Shown: one piece after another, positions 63,856 to 64,000 of the stretch | Position numbering within the stretch: the stretch's first letter is position 1 | Layout: every line of letters starts with the position of its first letter | NCBI RefSeq assembly: GCF_018977255.1 | Contig: NW_024704743.1 | Span: 33,482,001 to 33,546,000 of the forward strand | Direction: 5' to 3' | Source: Callorhinchus milii | Taxonomy: Eukaryota | DNA: 64,000 nucleotides | Notes under the pieces: generated by a model | What the model saw: the letters and a program-made list of their open reading frames with translations, nothing else | Told to the model about the DNA's origin: nothing | The model's database searches: none | Made by a program: the position numbers and the translations under genes

Positions 63856-64000
63856 TCCGTAGAGAGGTGATTATAACAATAGCATTCCTTGCATTTGATA
63901 TAGTGCCTCATTACATCGTTGAGACATCTCAATGAGCTTCACAGAATGTAATGTAAAGTGAATTGACTGTATATTTTGTGGGCGAAATTATATGTTTCAT

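Overview
Eukaryotic, repeat-rich, apparently non-coding DNA, most likely a large intron or gene desert. The repeat mix suggests a cartilaginous fish, possibly a chimaera; this is inference only. The mix comprises Deu-domain SacSINE1-like SINEs, a young tRNA-Ala-headed SINE with an L2-type tail, L2 and CR1 LINE fragments, and an old AmnSINE2-like SINE. I could not recognise any host protein-coding exon, rRNA, true tRNA gene or CRISPR array. The ORFs I could assign are LINE ORF2 remnants or repeat-derived frames; the rest look like chance frames. The best-supported observations concern mobile-element biology: (1) a TA-flanked Tigger/pogo-like MITE inserted cleanly into an L2 tail; (2) multi-level nested insertions with readable target-site duplications; (3) head-to-head SINE pairs; (4) SINE-L2 fusions; (5) a 3' stem-loop shared by SINEs and several L2 lineages with compensatory base changes; (6) a palindromic MITE family. 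Unique AT-rich islands are candidate enhancers, including one 18-bp hairpin next to an RFX box, and there are a few candidate non-coding exons. I found no convincing novel multi-gene system. Repeat family names come from recalled consensus similarity, not a database search. Most repeat boundaries are approximate (about +/-10-30 bp), and only representative copies are listed.
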